DNA from: Candidatus Latescibacterota bacterium | GTDB taxonomy: Bacteria; Latescibacterota; UBA2968; GCA-2709665 | DNA: 64,000 bases | Assembly (NCBI GenBank): GCA_965237675.1 | Contig: OZ250150.1 | Coordinates: 1,248,001 to 1,312,000, forward strand | Direction: 5' to 3' | Shown: positions 29,118-40,473 of the stretch, one piece after another | How positions within the stretch are numbered: position 1 is the stretch's first letter | Layout of the letters: each line of letters begins with the position of its first letter | The notes under the pieces: generated by a model | Database searches by the model: none | Told to the model about the DNA's origin: nothing | The model's input: the letters and a program-made list of their open reading frames with translations, nothing else | Position numbers and translations under genes: made by a program

Positions 29118-31082
29118 TCAGCCGGCACCGTGTTTCAGGTCGACAAAAAAACGTTTTTGATCCCGGTTGCCGACCTCGTCCACAACATCCAGCGTGTGCC
29201 ATCCCCTCGAGAGTTCCGCGGTTTTGACATGCCGGCCACGGCTGCTTCCCAGGTACCGGTCATCCAGGTACCAGTATAGGATCCGATTTCTCTCCCTGTG
29301 AGCCACACGCATCGCAATCTTCTGCCATGCGCCGCCGAAGTCCCTGGGCAGCCATAGCCTGGCGTTCTGTTGCGGATAGATGATCTTCAACGGATAGGGC
29401 TCGTTCCCGGCCGGGCAATCCAATTTGTGCGGCGGAACCCTACCCGGAACATGTCCCCGTTCCTGCAAATATTGCGCGACGTCTGCCGGAAAGACAAGCT
29501 GGCGGACCGGACGGCGGTCCTTCGGTTCCCAGCAGAGCGAGCAGACGCGATGACCCCCGTCCAGCGTCACCTGAAACGTCCGGTGATAGGGACAGGTCCG
29601 AAGGGGCTTCATATGCAACGGCGCTTCAACGGAAACCGGGCGCTCGCAATGCAGACCCGATCGGAATCCGGTATCCGCGCAGAGTTGAAGCGCGCTCAGG
29701 TCGCCAACCGGCGCGTCAATCCAGGCATATTCCCGTTGCTTCGGCAGCATGTTGAATAGATCGAACAGAAGGGGCGCGGCCGCGCTTGCGCCCGTGAGGT
29801 TCGCATTGCCTCGTCCGCCAAAATTGCCTATCCAGACGGCCACCGTCCACTCGGGGCTGACGCCGACCGCCCAGGCGTCCCGCTTTCCGTAGCGAGTTCC
29901 CGTCTTCCAGGCGATCGGCCACTGGTTCTGGTACTGCTCCCAGTAGTATTCCACACCCGGCCGCTTGAGATCCCGAAGCATGTTCAGCGTCAGATAACAC
30001 GCGCCGGGACTGATGAGCGCAGGACCCTCGACATCGGGTGTCCCAGCCAGGTACCTGAGTGGACTGAACCGGCCCCCATTGGCCAGCGCACGGTAGCACA
30101 GCGCCATATCCCACAGACAAACCTCGACCCCGCCGAGAATCATCGGCAGACCGTAATCGCCGGCGGAGCGAAAAAGCGTCGTCAGCCCGGCCGATTTCAG
30201 AAACCTGTAAAACGGATCGACGCCGTACGCGTCCAGCAATCGGACCGCGGGTACGTTGAGAGAACGAACCAGTGCTTCTTTGGCCGATACCAGCCCGCCA
30301 AAGGTTCCATCCGCGTTCCCCGGGGAAAAAGCGCCGTAGTGGGTGGGAAGATCCCGGATCCGCGTCTGCGGCAGTACCAGGCCGTCGTCGATGCCCAGGG
30401 CAAATAGAAACGGTTTGAGCAGAGAACCGGACGACCTTGCGGCCACAACGCCGTCCACCTGGCCCTGGTTTCGGGCGTCGAAGAATTCCTGGGATCCAAC
30501 GTACGCGCGTACCTTCCCCGTACGGGTCTCAGCTACCAGGGCCGCGCCGTTTCGGACCCCCAGACGCTTCATAAAGCCGGCGTGTCGATCAACGAGTTCC
30601 TCGCTTTGTTTCTGAATCGCTCGTTGAATAGTGGTTCGTATATACGTATTCCGGTGCCGGGACTCAAGCCGTCGCGCCAGATGCGGCGCATCCATTGGCA
30701 GCGGCCTGGTGCCGTCCGGCACCACCTCCATCCTCGCCAAACCAAAGGTCTCGTCGTCTATCATCCCTTCGTTCAGCAGCCGGCTCAGAAGCCGGTCGCG
30801 CCGGAGCCGCAGTTTTTCCGGGTTGGCAAGAGGCGATATCAGCCCCGGCGCGTTCGGAAGAACCGCCAATGTGGCGGCCTCTCCCCAGGTCATCCGTTCG
30901 GGCGACTTGCCGAAATATCGATGCGCAGCCGCGCGGTAGCCCACAATATTGCCGCCATAGGGTGCGTGACCCAGATAGAGATTAAGGATCTGTTTCTTGT
31001 CATAATTCAGCTCGATCTTCAATGCCTGGAGCATCTCCAGGGCCTTGTTGATATAGGTCCTCCTCTTGGGCGTCGCGCTCAT
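29118..31082 (-). pseudogene. pbpC: Penicillin-binding protein 1C, 5'-truncated
   Basis: YLGHAPYGGN, GSLLKPF (SxxK), SLN, WKTGT and PBP1C C-terminal domain; lacks membrane anchor and the first transglycosylase motifs. Confidence 0.8.
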
Positions 31083-31746
31083 CCATATACTCTTCCCGGT
31101 TCAGATTCAGGCGACTCATCCATCGCGGCGCCATCCGATCGGACAGACGCGGGTTGTCGATTTCCCAGCCGGCGGGCAGAACCTGAACCAGCGCAACCTC
31201 TTCGACGTTGCGCGCGACGGTCGGATTGCGAACGCGAAAATGGCCCCAGAAACTCTCTCCCTGAGAAAGTTCGGAGGGATCGACCGGCATTCCGTCGTTG
31301 TTGAGCCAGGCCACCTCCAGCGTCAGCTTGCTGGACGTATCTCCCCCGTCGTCGGTAAGCGGAACGCCGTCCCAGTCCAGGGTTGCAAACGCCCTCTTGA
31401 CGGTCGAGGTAGAATCCAGGAAGACCTCTACTGCCTCGCCAAAGCCCTCTTCGATTTCAAAGTGATACGCCGACCGATCTGTCTCAAACCGCATCTCCCG
31501 TCCGTCCGGAAGACGGATTGTGCCCGCGAGCACGGACGGGCTACCCTCTTCCTGTGAGAGAGACCGGAGGTATTTCCCCATGGCCAGAAGCATAAACCCG
31601 GTGGTCTGGGTGCTGTACCAATTCTGCGACGCGAGCGCCAGTCCCAACTCCGTGGCGACCTCGTCCGCCTCGGACCAGCGTTCGAACAGGACCAGCGCAT
31701 TCAGAATGATCGCCAGATCGCGCCGGCCCGAACCGTAGGTGCCGCC
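31075..31746 (-). pseudogene. Bacterial alpha-2-macroglobulin, C-terminal fragment
   Basis: GGTYGSGRRDLA, WYSTQTTG, VQVLPAGWEIDNPRL, EYMD; then joins pbpC sequence. Confidence 0.75.
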
Positions 31747-32276
31747 TGGCGCACCTGTTCCAGCGGGGTCTTTTCGCTGAACACGACTCGCCCCGTGTAG
31801 ACCACCCGCCGCGGGTCGTCTTTTTCGATCAACTCAAAATCCGCGTTCAACGAGACAATCTCCCGGCCTGCAACCCGAAACGCAAACAGCAGGGGTTGCA
31901 GGTTATTGCGCTTTGGAAACAAGGCGGCGAGATCCAGGGTGCCCCGGTAGTGCTGCCGGAACGGGAGCGGCGCGTTGGGTTGAAAGAGAAGGGTGCGACG
32001 GTCTGCCCAACGGGCGGTACCTTCGATACGCGGAGCGAACGAGAACACGGCCTTCTCCAACCTCTCGCCGAGTTGGTTTCCGGACGTGGCGGGCGACACG
32101 AAACGTACGCGAATATCGTCTCCCGCGCGGATGAGATCCGAGGTCACGTGACTGACCAGCCTGGCCGTCTCCCGCTGGTAGGAAATCGTCCCCGTCTCGT
32201 TCCGCTTCGAAGCACAGCCGGTTATCAACATGCCGACCACGAACAGCGTGCCGCGTCCAATCCGATTGGGCATCAT
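31747..32276 (-). pseudogene. Bacterial alpha-2-macroglobulin, N-terminal lipoprotein fragment
   Basis: Lipobox LITGC, IRVRF, FAPRIEGTARWADRRTLLFQP; breaks out of frame into the C-terminal fragment. Confidence 0.7.
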
Positions 32277-32625
32277 CCGGAACTCTCCCATGGTATATCG
32301 TGGAAGCCCTCCAAAAGCGGCAAGCAAAGCGCCATCGGAGCCTCTGCCATTGGCAACCCGTCTCCCGACGCCGACCGGGAAACCGCTTGACATCATCGCT
32401 TCGATCTTTACCTTAACAGCCCGTTGAAAAAGTCCATCCGGGCTGCGTCCGGCCCTTGTGGCCTAATTACTGCGTTGCACTCCCTCCCCGAATCCCCCGA
32501 TTCGACGCGGTCGCGCGCCTTGTCTTCGGCCACAATGACTCGGCCTCGCCTGCAGAGCGACTTTATCAACGGACTGTTAAGCGCCGGAAACCGGCACCAC
32601 GACAAAAATACTCGGGAGATTTCCG

Positions 32626-33687
32626 ATGCAATTCGGCCAATTCTATCTGCTGGAAACACCGCCCGGTAAAGACCACGCGCAAGTTTACCACGAAGCATTC
32701 GAACAGTTCAAACTCATGGACGAAACGGGCTGGGACGCCATCTGGCTGGCCGAACACCACTTCGACCACCGGGCGCCCGGCGCGAACTATTATTCAATCA
32801 CCCCGTCGATCCATACCATGGCCGCGTACGCGTCGGCCATTACCGAACGCATAAAAATCGGCACCGCGGTCATCGTGCTGCCCTTCCACAACCCGGTCAT
32901 TGTCGCGGAAGACTTCGCCACCGTGGATATCATGTCCAAAGGGCGGCTCCTCTTCGGCGTGGGGCGCGGCTACCAGCTTGAGGAATTTCACAACTGGGGA
33001 ATCGATCTCGAGGAAAGCCGCGAACGCTTTCAGGAAGAACTGGATATTATCCTGAAGGCCTGGACCGGCCCCGTCGAGTACGACGGCAAGTACCACAAGG
33101 TCCGCAAAGTCAATGTCATCCCCAAACCCGTACAACAACCGCACCCGCCGGTTTACGTCGCGGCGGTGAGTCCTTCCACGTACGAATGGGTCATCAAAAA
33201 CGGCTACAACGTCCTGACCTCGTTCCTGCATCCCTACGACCAGGTATTCGAACTCTATGAGGCGTACCACAAGACGGCGGCCGCGTGCGGGCTGTCAGGA
33301 AAGCTGGACTTCCCCCTGGCGAGGTTCCTCTACGTTGCCGAAACCACCGAGAAAGCCCGCGAGGAATGCCACGACCAACTCATGTGGTACTTCCGCACCC
33401 TGCTTGCTGAGGTTATCGCGCCCCCGCCGGAAATCGCGCCTCCCGGACAGATGGAATTCTACCAGGAACTCAAACAGAAATTCTCGAACATCAGCTTCGA
33501 CGAGATCCTCGCAGATCATGCCATCGTAGGCGATCCCGACTTTGTCGCCGACAAAATCGGCTGGATCCGGAAACATACGGGATTGCAGAACTTTATGGGG
33601 TGGACCCGTATCGGAGACCTGCACCCCGATCTTGTCTGCAAATCCCTTCGGATGTTCTCCGAACACGTCGCGCCTGCGTTTAATTGA
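32626..33687 (+). CDS. LLM-class flavin-dependent monooxygenase (luciferase-like)
   Basis: IWLAEHHF, IGTAVIVLPFHNP..VAEDFAT.D..S.GRL.FGVGRGY, PKPVQQPHPP. Confidence 0.93.
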   Translation: MQFGQFYLLETPPGKDHAQVYHEAFEQFKLMDETGWDAIWLAEHHFDHRAPGANYYSITPSIHTMAAYASAITERIKIGTAVIVLPFHNPVIVAEDFATVDIMSKGRLLFGVGRGYQLEEFHNWGIDLEESRERFQEELDIILKAWTGPVEYDGKYHKVRKVNVIPKPVQQPHPPVYVAAVSPSTYEWVIKNGYNVLTSFLHPYDQVFELYEAYHKTAAACGLSGKLDFPLARFLYVAETTEKAREECHDQLMWYFRTLLAEVIAPPPEIAPPGQMEFYQELKQKFSNISFDEILADHAIVGDPDFVADKIGWIRKHTGLQNFMGWTRIGDLHPDLVCKSLRMFSEHVAPAFN

Positions 33688-33720
33688 ACCTTCCACAGTG
33701 CAACGACTCCGCTCGCGCGT

Positions 33721-34056
33721 TTATTCCCGCCACGCCGGCTGCGTAACGTGCAGCAGCAACGCGCCCTCCGGGACCGTTATCACGGTTGACGTTCCCTTTT
33801 CGATATAGCCCAGATCCCCGACTTCGAAACGCACCGGCTCCTGACCCTGCGCGTGAACTTCCAGCGCACCCTTCAACATGAAAAAGACCTCGTTGTAGTC
33901 GAAGGTCCATTCCAGCCGGCTGGGTTCAAGATATTCCGTGAATCCTGCCGCGAGACAGTCGTCCTTTCCGAGAATGGGATCGGATACCTGTACTCGTGCG
34001 CCGGGCGCGTCGTACAGCTTCATGTCCCGCTGATCCGGTTTGACAATCTGTACCAT
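33721..34056 (-). CDS. EutQ-like cupin
   Basis: LAAGF, LEWTFDYNEV..MLKG.L, GDLGYIEKG. Confidence 0.8.
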   Translation of the reverse strand: MVQIVKPDQRDMKLYDAPGARVQVSDPILGKDDCLAAGFTEYLEPSRLEWTFDYNEVFFMLKGALEVHAQGQEPVRFEVGDLGYIEKGTSTVITVPEGALLLHVTQPAWRE

Positions 34057-34099
34057 GTCGACTCTCCTCTGTAGGGCAGCAACCAGCATGCAGCAAAAA

Positions 34100-34210
34100 C
34101 AGCTATCAGCTTTCAGCGGTCAGCCAATACCGGTTAGCGATAAGGCCACGTGAAATCGACCACCGATATCCGCACCACCATGTGGGCAACCACAAGGGTT
34201 GCCCCTACAA
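34100..34210. repeat. Composite repeat (TCAGC heptamers + ACCGG block + REP)
   Basis: CAGCTATCAGCTTTCAGCGGTCAGC..ACCGGTTAGCGATAAGGCC..GGGCAACCACAAGGGTTGCCCCTACAAAT; homologues at 45248-45361 and 45708-45822. Confidence 0.7.
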
Positions 34211-34264
34211 ATTCGATCGCCGTGCGCGATGGTTTGCGGCTCCTGGCGTCTGCGCGGCGCCCGC

Positions 34265-36598
34265 CTACGGCTCCAGGCGCTGCCGCGTCTCCGCTTCCGA
34301 AGCAATACGCTCCCATTCCCACAGTTGAGGAATATACCCCACGTCGGCCCAGAGTCGGGCCTGATCCGAATAGTGAGCGCTTCCGGGATGCCCGGAGGCG
34401 CCCAACGGCACGATCCACCGGGAATCGCTCCAGTTCGAAGGATCATGAATATATCGGTTCACCGACATCCCTGTCGCAATAAAGGGATCGCTCACGTCAT
34501 AGCCTCCGGCCAGCGGGACATCGCCGTCCCCATGCGTGGGCATCGAGGGAGGATCCAGAAGCCTTGCGCATTCCGGAAAAACCCGCGAGAGCGGATGCCT
34601 CGGCCGCGTCCGGTGGACGCGGCCCCACCGCCACTCGGACATCTCATCACCCAGGCGGCCCTTGAGATCCGCTACGGCCCGCTGGAGAGACACGGCCAGC
34701 AGATCTCCCCAACCGCACCCGTCCGGTAACATCGACTCGTCCCCGCGCTCGAGACCCAGGATCATCTCCAGAACGATCAACCGGATATGCATTTCCGCTC
34801 CTGGAGCCCCCTCAAGCGCCGGGGTCGCCATTTCGCCGAGCAGATGCTCCGCCAGTATTCGGGTTGTGCAGAGGCGGGTCTGCGAATAGATCGTCGGCTG
34901 CGCCAGGTCCCGGTCCATGCGATAGTCCCACTCGTTCAGAAGCGCCAGGGCCCGTTGCGAATCCGCGTCCGGAGCCTGGATTTCGAGAAGCGCCTCCGTA
35001 AAAATCCGCGCCGGAATGGAGGTCCGGTCGGCGTGCATACCCGCCATATCGTCCACGGTCGCCGCGCCCGGCGCCAGATCCAGGATGCGCAGCTGAAGCC
35101 GTCTGGCCCGGTACTCCGGGCTGAAGTACAACCCCACGTAGTACGGGTAATCAGATCCGGCCACACGCTGGTTGCAGGTCACCGCGTACCCGGCCTGCGG
35201 ACAGATCGCCCGTGGCAGATCATCGTGGGGAATATATCCCCGCCACTCGTACTCTCCGGTCCACCCCGGCACGGCGCGCCACCCGTTGGCCTCCGTGCGA
35301 ACCGGGATCTTTCCCTCGTGCAAATAGCCGAAATTTCCGTGGACGTCCACGACCGCATAGTTGTTCACCCGATCGGTCCAGTTCTCAAATGCGTCGTGCA
35401 GTTCCTGCACCGTGGTGGCGAGCATCGCGTCGCGGGCGGCATCCAGCCAGGGCGTGCCCTGAATGAGCCCGGGATCGCTGATCGCAATTCCGTACCCGGA
35501 TTCGGGATTGCCCGTGATCACGGGGCCGTGATGCGTGATGGTCACTTCGATCTCGACCGGCTCGGCGTTCCGGACCGCGATGGTCTCATGCAGAACCTCG
35601 GCCTGTTTCCACGTCTCCCCGAATGCATACTCCCGCCCTCCCGCGCGTTCTCGAAATCGTTCCACGAAAAGATCTTGCGTGTCGGCATTTCCGTAGGTCA
35701 TCCCCCAGCCCACGTGCGCGTTGTGGCAAAAATGCAGGATCCCGGGCATCCCGGGTATTGAAGAGCCGATCATCGAAAAATCCGGACAGGAAAGATGCGC
35801 CTGATAGTAAACGCACGGCGTATCCAGGGCCCGGTGAGAGTCGCCCCCCATCAGCGGCAACCCGGATCGGGTCAGTTCTCCCGAAATCGACCAGGCATTG
35901 GAACCGGCGTCCGTCTCCTTCAGCCAGTTCACGTCTTCGAGCGCCCTGCCGAGTTCCTCCAGTCCGTCCACGCCAGGTCCCGAATACACCTCTCCCGGGG
36001 GAACGGTGAGCAGATGACCGCCGGGGTAACCCTTGATAATGCGTGCCGCCTTTTCGGGGCCGATTTCCAGAGCCAGGCGCGTACGGTAGAGTTTCGGCTC
36101 GAACGTTCCCAACAGCGTATTGCGCATCTTGTAGACCGCGATACAATGCCAATTCTCCCAGGGCTCCGGCGTCCTTTCCAGAAGATTGTACTCGACCGGG
36201 TACGCCGACGTCGTTTCGATAAAAGCGTTCACGCCCGCTGTATAGGCATCCACCATCGCCGTTGCCTCCGCGCCTGCCGCCTCGTAGTCCAACCTGGCGG
36301 TGCGCCCCATTCCCGCCGTTCGCAACAGCCTATCCTGGGCAACGCCATCCGGGCCGGCAAGTTCCGCCCATCGGCCCAGCGCCCGGTACCGGTCGTAATC
36401 CATGTGCCAAAGCCGATCCTGAGCCGTGGCGAAACCCTGCGAAAAAAAGAGGTCGTGTTCGTTCTCCGCCCGGATATGCGGAATGCCCCACCGATCGCGG
36501 CAGATCGTAACGGTATCGATCAAACCGGACAGGCGCAACGTGGATGACAGATCCGGTAGTGCGGCGGCCAGGTCGGCTTCGGTAAGCTCTACACCCAT
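34265..36598 (-). CDS. Penicillin acylase-family Ntn hydrolase
   Basis: RDRWGIPHI, QGFATAQDRLW, GSNAW nucleophile site, DSHR, GASGHP.S.HYSDQ. Confidence 0.93.
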   Translation of the reverse strand: MGVELTEADLAAALPDLSSTLRLSGLIDTVTICRDRWGIPHIRAENEHDLFFSQGFATAQDRLWHMDYDRYRALGRWAELAGPDGVAQDRLLRTAGMGRTARLDYEAAGAEATAMVDAYTAGVNAFIETTSAYPVEYNLLERTPEPWENWHCIAVYKMRNTLLGTFEPKLYRTRLALEIGPEKAARIIKGYPGGHLLTVPPGEVYSGPGVDGLEELGRALEDVNWLKETDAGSNAWSISGELTRSGLPLMGGDSHRALDTPCVYYQAHLSCPDFSMIGSSIPGMPGILHFCHNAHVGWGMTYGNADTQDLFVERFRERAGGREYAFGETWKQAEVLHETIAVRNAEPVEIEVTITHHGPVITGNPESGYGIAISDPGLIQGTPWLDAARDAMLATTVQELHDAFENWTDRVNNYAVVDVHGNFGYLHEGKIPVRTEANGWRAVPGWTGEYEWRGYIPHDDLPRAICPQAGYAVTCNQRVAGSDYPYYVGLYFSPEYRARRLQLRILDLAPGAATVDDMAGMHADRTSIPARIFTEALLEIQAPDADSQRALALLNEWDYRMDRDLAQPTIYSQTRLCTTRILAEHLLGEMATPALEGAPGAEMHIRLIVLEMILGLERGDESMLPDGCGWGDLLAVSLQRAVADLKGRLGDEMSEWRWGRVHRTRPRHPLSRVFPECARLLDPPSMPTHGDGDVPLAGGYDVSDPFIATGMSVNRYIHDPSNWSDSRWIVPLGASGHPGSAHYSDQARLWADVGYIPQLWEWERIASEAETRQRLEP

Positions 36599-36866
36599 GA
36601 GTTGTCCTCGTCAATGGCGATCCTCGTCGAAACGTGGATTGCCGTGTAGATGCTGGATGTCTGGATGTAACGATGCCTCACGGCGTGGAACGAAAACACA
36701 AACAGCGACGAGTGTTCCTGCCCGACCGCATTCGCCTCAGGCAACAATATGGCGACGATGAAAGACCGCATCGCTCCCGCCGTCAAACGATTCAGTGCCT
36801 GAACCGGTTTCCCCATATCTACATATCTTTGTGTCTCTGTGCCTTTGTGTGCGAATGATATGGGGT

Positions 36867-37754
36867 CTAACCGGGCTCCACGTCGCCAAGCCACCGCTGC
36901 ACCGCCTCAGAAAACCCGTCCGCGTTGTGGTCGGACACCACCGGAAACCGTTTTCTCAAGGGTTCGGGGGCGTTCTGTACAACAAATGGAAACCCACACC
37001 ACTGCAACATATCCGAGTCGTTGTAGTCGTTGCCGACGGCCGCGGAACGCTCGGCGTCCGCGCCCAGCCGTTCGCACAGTCTGGCCGCGGATCGGGACTT
37101 GGAGACGTGCCTCGGAAAAATCTCAAACCACGTGGACTGGTGGTCCGAAGGGGACGTGGTCCGGATCACCGTAAGGTCCGGCAGGGCGTTCGAGAGCGCG
37201 TCATGGGTGCGCCAGGGATCCGCTTCCCGGGGACAGACCACCAGGAATTGCGAAGCGCGGCTGTGCCGCGGGCTGCCGGGATCCAGCGGTTGGCAGAATT
37301 CCGCGTTGTATTGACGCCTGCGCAAAAAATCGGGATTGTGCTCGTTCTGTTCCCAGTACTCGAACGTATGGTTCTCCGGAACCGGTGCGTGAACCATAAA
37401 GTCGAATCCCGTATCGATCAGATGGTCGGCAACAAGGCGCACGGCTCCGGCGGAAAGGGCATGGGATTCCACCAGCGTCTGATCCCGGAAATCGAAAATT
37501 CCGACCCCCGACGAAGTAACAAGGAAATCAATCGGAAATGTGTCCGGCAAAACGGTCCGTGCCGACATAAGGGACCGCCCGGTGACCACCGCCCTCCAGA
37601 TGTTCTTTCTCCCCAGCGATTTCAGCGTTTCCAGGCTTCGTTCGCTCGCCTTCCGATCGCTCTGCAACAGCGTTCCGTCCAGATCCGTAAACAAAGCGAG
37701 GTTCGTTCGTTTTTCCTGCGGCTCCAACCCGTGCCTCCATCCCTGTCGGGCCAT
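36867..37754 (-). CDS. Cof-type HAD phosphatase
   Basis: TDLDGTLL, VTGRS, SKS, GNDYNDSDML; start uncertain. Confidence 0.88.
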   Translation of the reverse strand: MARQGWRHGLEPQEKRTNLALFTDLDGTLLQSDRKASERSLETLKSLGRKNIWRAVVTGRSLMSARTVLPDTFPIDFLVTSSGVGIFDFRDQTLVESHALSAGAVRLVADHLIDTGFDFMVHAPVPENHTFEYWEQNEHNPDFLRRRQYNAEFCQPLDPGSPRHSRASQFLVVCPREADPWRTHDALSNALPDLTVIRTTSPSDHQSTWFEIFPRHVSKSRSAARLCERLGADAERSAAVGNDYNDSDMLQWCGFPFVVQNAPEPLRKRFPVVSDHNADGFSEAVQRWLGDVEPG

Positions 37755-37788
37755 CGGTTCGGCGGGAGTCTGCGGTCTCCGGCGCTCC

Positions 37789-39336
37789 TCAGGCATCCGC
37801 AATACGATATGAATACAGCGACGCCTTCCTCATGTAAAACCGATATCGGGTATAGCCGACGATCGTATTCACGGCCGGAACCCCATTCCAGGAAACCACG
37901 TGGTTCACGTCGTCTCCGGTGAACCGGTCGCAGTCCTCGCGACGATACCGTGCCCAGGGGTTCTCCATCGCATCCAGAACCTCGACGTCGATATATCCAC
38001 CCGGGGCGCACCGTGCGTTGATGATCAGTTTCTCTCCCGTGGAAAACTGCGGCCTCGTGCAAACGATCCCTTCCTGAAGCCCCGCATCGAGCGAGATGAA
38101 TCCGTCCAGCCTAATGGTCGCCAGGCCAAGCCCGCCGTTCAACTGATCGATTGTCAACGCCGCCTCCGGCGTATCCAGACCCCGCGATTTCCCCAAAACG
38201 TACCAGTCGTGATGGTAGTCCGCCCCACCGTAGTAAATGTAGTGGCGGTCGCCGACACGGAACGGCGTTATCACCGTGTCGATCTGAAATTCATCCCAGG
38301 AACCCCTTCCACCCCTGGGAACCACCCGCGGGCCGTGAGGATAATGGCGCCAGTCCACGCCGTCGTGGCTATAGACGAGTTCCGTGTCCTTCGTGCTGTC
38401 CACGGTATGAAATACCGGCATCAGTCCACAGTGATACCGGCCCATCCTGAAGGGGGCCAGCGAATAAAACTGATCGTCCAGATTGTGAAGCGCTCCCGGC
38501 GCCAGCACACGCACAGCGTCGGACCACGTGATCAGGTCTTCGCTTTCGATCCGGTAAATTGCGCGTTTGGGGATCCATCCGAAGGGCTGTGAGGGATAGT
38601 GTCTGACGAAGCGCTGATCCGCGTCGGGATTGCCTGTCTCCGCCGCGTAGTGGACACGCCCGTATATCACGTATCGTCCGCGTGATTCGTCCTTCAACAA
38701 CGTAAGCACGTCGCTTCCCCATATCGTGCTGACGGGGTTCCTGGCTTCCAGCGACCAACTCAGCCCTTCGCCCGAGTAAGCCATGCAGAGGCCCAGGGCA
38801 TGCGAGTGAGCGAGCGTGGTCTTCTTGGGAACGTTGACGTTTTCTTTTTCGGGAAGAAACGCCATCTTGTATCGCCTTGCCGGATCGGGGTCTTCTTCGT
38901 CCCGAATCACGCAGAATGCCACCGGCGTTCCGAAGGTCTCGTCCCAGGCCACGCGATTGGTGCCGGCGGCCTCAATTGAAACCGCGCCCAGGGCGGGCTT
39001 TTCCCACCGGATGCCATCGGAAGACTCGGCATAACTGATCCTCGGCTGCATCCGATGCTCCGCCGCGCCGCCCGCGAAGTCGCTCATAGAGATGTCGAGA
39101 TACCAGCACCGAAACCTGCCGTCCGGCTCGCGGAGCATCGTCACCGTTGTATTGAAATGCGGAAATACCTCCCACGGCTTGTCTCGCTTCAAAACGGGAT
39201 TGCCCGCGTGTTTTGTTGCCCGATGGCGGGTCCTCTTGACGTTCTTCACCCATTCCAGCACCGTGTCATCCAGAAAATACTGTACTTGCTCGGCAATGCG
39301 TTCATAGTGCCGTTCAGGGTTATAGCTGGCCAACAT
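37789..39336 (-). CDS. Five-bladed beta-propeller glycoside-hydrolase-like protein
   Basis: GNPVLKRDKPWE, YAESSDGIRWEKP, YSHDGVDW, LATIRLDGF repeats; substrate unknown. Confidence 0.7.
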   Translation of the reverse strand: MLASYNPERHYERIAEQVQYFLDDTVLEWVKNVKRTRHRATKHAGNPVLKRDKPWEVFPHFNTTVTMLREPDGRFRCWYLDISMSDFAGGAAEHRMQPRISYAESSDGIRWEKPALGAVSIEAAGTNRVAWDETFGTPVAFCVIRDEEDPDPARRYKMAFLPEKENVNVPKKTTLAHSHALGLCMAYSGEGLSWSLEARNPVSTIWGSDVLTLLKDESRGRYVIYGRVHYAAETGNPDADQRFVRHYPSQPFGWIPKRAIYRIESEDLITWSDAVRVLAPGALHNLDDQFYSLAPFRMGRYHCGLMPVFHTVDSTKDTELVYSHDGVDWRHYPHGPRVVPRGGRGSWDEFQIDTVITPFRVGDRHYIYYGGADYHHDWYVLGKSRGLDTPEAALTIDQLNGGLGLATIRLDGFISLDAGLQEGIVCTRPQFSTGEKLIINARCAPGGYIDVEVLDAMENPWARYRREDCDRFTGDDVNHVVSWNGVPAVNTIVGYTRYRFYMRKASLYSYRIADA

Positions 39337-39535
39337 CGCATCTCTCCGGTTGGAAAGTCGGGTGAGTCCATGTCATTCAGCGCAAATATAAAAAATCCGG
39401 AAGAAAACACATAACCGATTCTCTTCCGGATTTCCGCTGGCGATTCCAAACAAAAACGGCGCACCGTCGTGCGCCTTCTGCCAGGTGACTCCTTTGACTC
39501 GTTTTCAGTTCACGCGAATCCTTTCGGCCATCCGG

Positions 39536-40117
39536 TCAGTCGCGGGACCGCTTGCGAAAATACAATACCCGGTGCAGCGCGGTATAGTTGGCCAGAAACG
39601 CAATCGCCCAAATTGCTACCGTAAGACCGATTTCGCCCACGAGCGCCCCCACGCCGATGGCGATTACCCGTTCCGGCCGTTGCATGAAACCGACCTTGCA
39701 CTCTTCGCCCAGACCCTCCACACGTGCCCGGATATAGCTCACCATCAAAGAGCCTGCCAGCGCAAAAAACACGGCGGACGTGGTCCACAGGGAGTCCGAC
39801 CGGATAAAGCTCACCGCCATTCCGAACCAGATGAAAATCTCGGAATACCGGTCGACGGTCGAGTCCAGGAGCGCGCCGAACGTGGTTTCGCTTTGCCCCA
39901 CGCGGGCTACCTGTCCATCCAGAAAATCGAACACGCCGGCGAGCAGCACAACCAAGCCCGCCCACCGAATGTATTCGAATCCGAAAAGCACCGCCGCAAC
40001 CAGGTTCAGGATGAACCCAACCAGGGTCAGTACATTCGGCCGGAAACGCTTCTTAACAAGAAACTGCGTGGAGGGTTCGAGCAGTTCCGCGACGTCGTTT
40101 TTAACCTTCTCAATCAC
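39536..40117 (-). CDS. CDP-alcohol phosphatidyltransferase
   Basis: DFLDGQVAR...GALLDSTVDRYSE signature, VSYIRAR.E, G.MQRPER. Confidence 0.93.
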   Translation of the reverse strand: MIEKVKNDVAELLEPSTQFLVKKRFRPNVLTLVGFILNLVAAVLFGFEYIRWAGLVVLLAGVFDFLDGQVARVGQSETTFGALLDSTVDRYSEIFIWFGMAVSFIRSDSLWTTSAVFFALAGSLMVSYIRARVEGLGEECKVGFMQRPERVIAIGVGALVGEIGLTVAIWAIAFLANYTALHRVLYFRKRSRD

Positions 40118-40473
40118 GAGCCAGCATTCCCCATTGGCCGGGATATTGCATTTCCGGGCAATATACTACCTGCGATTTTTTCAAAATATAGAATAATCGC
40201 AGGGGGGTAGCAAGGGAAATCTTCGGTCCCGGACGCCGCGCCGATCGGCCGATATCCGCGGGTCGACAGGGGGTGGCCATTGGCTGGAGGGGCCCCTGGA
40301 TCGGTCGCTTTTCCGGGTTGATCTTCCGTCGTCACCGCCCCGTTACGCCTCGCGCGAAACGATCGCATCCGCAGGGGTTGTCGAGCGCGATCCGGTCACG
40401 GTCGTCGCGGCCCTGGAATCGCGGCGCGTGAAGGCGTCTACGGTTGGCGGGTGGCTGGCGGATCCGCCGGATG

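Noticed and set aside
36826-36851. CTTTGTGT/CTCTGTGC octamer-like repeats
   Set aside because: Three degenerate units only, with no associated gene; simple intergenic repeat
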